From Hydrolagus affinis (Eukaryota), in assembly GCA_012026655.1 (NCBI GenBank), contig JAAILG010001161.1:1-64000 (forward strand): 64,000 bases of DNA. The letters are read 5' to 3'. A model generated the notes under the pieces. That model made no database searches, was not told the DNA's origin, and was given only the letters and a program-made list of their open reading frames with translations. Below are positions 61,682 to 64,000 of this stretch, in pieces. A program made the position numbers and the translations under genes. Within the stretch, counting starts at the first letter, position 1, and every line of letters begins with the position of its first letter.

Positions 61682-62885
61682 TCCCTGTAGGAGACTGGAC
61701 CCACTTTCCACACCAGTGTTGTCTGTAGGGAATGGAAGCCTGCCATTTTTTTTGAAAACTGGGTCTGTTGGTGAAGAAGCCAGCAAAGGAGAACTGGAAT
61801 TTCCCCAACGCTGTTCAGCTTCTTCCCGCTCAGTGGGACACTTTCCACCAGTCAGCATTGTTTCCTCAATCTCTTCTGTACATTATTACAGGCTTCGGAA
61901 CATTTGTTTTAAAATGCGAAAAAAAAGACTATGGACAGCACTGGGGGATGTTTGATACGGTTTGCCTTTAACACTAACTATACTGTTTTCTATTCACACG
62001 TGTCTAGCAATGGAAATATAACAAACAGTAGCCTAATGTCAATGTCCGAAACTGTACTGAACTCAAAATTTGTTTTACATTTAATCCACTGTACCTNNNN
62101 NNNNNNNNNNNNNNNNNNNNNNNNNNNNNNNNNNNNNNNNNNNNNNNNNNNNNNNNNNNNNNNNNNNNNNNNNNNNNNNNNNNNNNNNNNNNNNNNATTT
62201 CATTTTTGTATGGTGTGTGCTTTGCCATTGTTTCATTTCACACCTCACCATCTCCTCCTCTTGCTCCTTACCTTTTCACATTTCTCTCTCCGCTCGTGTT
62301 CTTTCTTCATCTGCACCTATTGCCTTGGTGCTTTCCATCCCTTTGTATTCCAGCCGTCTTATCCGTTGACTTAACCTTGTATTTTTCCTGACTGATTATG
62401 TGGTGCTCAAAAATCCTCTCAAGTTAATCTTATGTTCTCTCTACTTACACTTCCCTGTGTTTGTCTTCACGCTCCTACTTTGCCTAATTCTCTTTGCTTT
62501 GTGCCGTCTTCAGACTCCATGTGCTAACTGCTTCTTATTGCATGGTGCTCTATTGCCTCATGTAATTTTTTTTCTCTCTCTTGCTAACCTCTTGCGGCCG
62601 TACTCATTGCCTGTGCTTGCTCTCTCTCTCTCTCTCTCTCTCTCTGATCTGTGCATTTAGTATGAAGTAGCTCATTTGTTGGGTCCAGCTACTCTCATCT
62701 CAAATCCTTGGCTGCAGACGTTAAGGGGATATTCCGATAGATTATATCCTAGTCAGGCAGAAATAATTCAAATAAAAATTCAGTCTAATTTTTTTACTAA
62801 ATTTTTGATACAGCCTCAATCCTTTTATTAAAGCATACTGCAATTTGTAAAAGCTTAGCTTCTTAGAAATTGTTAATGAAATAAA
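61682..62885 (+). other. DAG1: DAG1 3' UTR (end uncertain, spans a gap)
   Basis: Follows TAA at 61679-61681. AATAAA candidates at 62771 and 62880, with further ones near 63975. Confidence 0.5.
62097..62196. other. Assembly gap (100 N)
   Basis: N run. Confidence 1.
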
Positions 62886-63454
62886 TTTTTGATTTTTTTT
62901 CCTCATAAGTCACCTTATAAATTTTAATTTAGTTGTTTTTTAAAACACAGTTTTACTGCCTTTTTAAAAGATTATTACAGGATATCAAATAGGTTCTGAT
63001 GAGATGGGGATGCTACTTAATGCCCTTGGCGCTATCACTGGACTGAACCACAACTAGCATGGTATTGGACCTTGACTTGGAAAACCATTGCAATAATTGT
63101 ATGCTGTGCAGACTTGGGTGGTCAGGCTCCGTCCGGGCTGGCCTTTTTACATGACGCAGGATCTCAAAGCCATATAGAAGATAGTGCACACACCCTTCGC
63201 TGTGAGTGCTCAGATCTGCAGTGGCTAGGAGAGACAGAATCATCCCAACACCATGGTGACTGGTGGGTAAATCACACCGAATAATGCATTCATTATTAGC
63301 CATTTCTTTTTTGCAATTATTAGTAAACATTTTATTTATGCCACTAGACACTGTATGTTGAAGTCTTGTATTAAAATGTGTTTTCACCAAAGGCTTGTAT
63401 TTCTTGTTCATTCTTGTGGCAGAACAGTAATGGCAAGGAGCTTTCTAAACAGAT

Positions 63455-63650
63455 GAATACCACAGTGGATTAACACACTGACCTTTGTCTCTGGGCTTCG
63501 AGTTTTAACCCAGGATGAAAGTCTTCTCTCTACAGGCTGGATATCCACAGTAATATTTCTGATGTGACTTTCTTAACTCATTTACTACAGGCAGCAAATC
63601 CATAGAGCAAAACCTCAAAATTAATGATTAATTGCCACTACGTAGCCTGT
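63455..63650 (+). mobile_element. LF-SINE-like relic
   Basis: cactgacctttgtctctggg...gagttttaacccagg atgaaagtcttctctctacaggctgg...caaaacc...aattgccacta resembles a recalled LF-SINE-type consensus. Confidence 0.35.
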
Positions 63651-64000
63651 CTTGCACAGAGCAGCTATTGTTGGTAGAAATGTACCTTTGCACAAGGGGA
63701 GATGTTGTTTTGAGGTTGAACCACATAATCAGCAGTGTGGAAAATGTTAAACTTGGATTTGTGTGCAGCGAGGGTGATTTCCTGTTTGTACAGCACACCC
63801 TCTTGGATTGCTTGATGGGGCAGCATTGATAGATTTATTCTCTGGTTCACCCTGCACCGAAATAATGACGTACATACTCGATGTGGGTGGAGTGTGCAAT
63901 GTTGATGATTGGAAATATCCTTTCCTTCAGCACTGTTACATTTTAAAAAAAATTCTAAAATGGCTCTACACTAAAATAAATAAAAACTCGCTGATTGTTG

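Noticed and set aside
59410-61858. Several minus-strand ORFs (81-156 aa) over the DAG1 exon
   Set aside because: Antisense shadows of a long coding exon.
1-64000. CRISPR arrays, operons or prokaryotic systems
   Set aside because: Vertebrate intron-exon DNA; the repeats are dispersed retroposons, not regularly spaced arrays.

Overview
Vertebrate (eukaryotic) genomic DNA. The repeat content suggests a cartilaginous fish, possibly a chimaera; this is an inference. The window holds the complete coding region of dystroglycan (DAG1) on the + strand: coding exons 47896-48171 and 59309-61681, joined by a phase-0 GT-AG intron, giving an 882-aa alpha/beta precursor. Two CpG-island-like candidate promoters with non-coding first exons lie at about 19.7-20.0 kb and 35.9-36.1 kb. 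The rest is intron or intergenic DNA dense in retroposons: a young tRNA-derived SINE with an L2-type 3' tail, older DeuSINE-like and AmnSINE2-like relics, L2 and CR1 LINE fragments, and a Penelope-type fragment with a degenerate hammerhead-ribozyme core. There are two 100-N assembly gaps. I cannot demonstrate a new biological system. The best leads are (i) a possible unrecognised minus-strand gene upstream with a 12-nt microexon, (ii) the covarying SINE/LINE 3' stem-loop and the SINE structural series, (iii) the hammerhead relic, and (iv) dual promoters, uORFs and a possible AUG-circRNA for DAG1. Repeat family names and human residue comparisons come from memory, not database searches.
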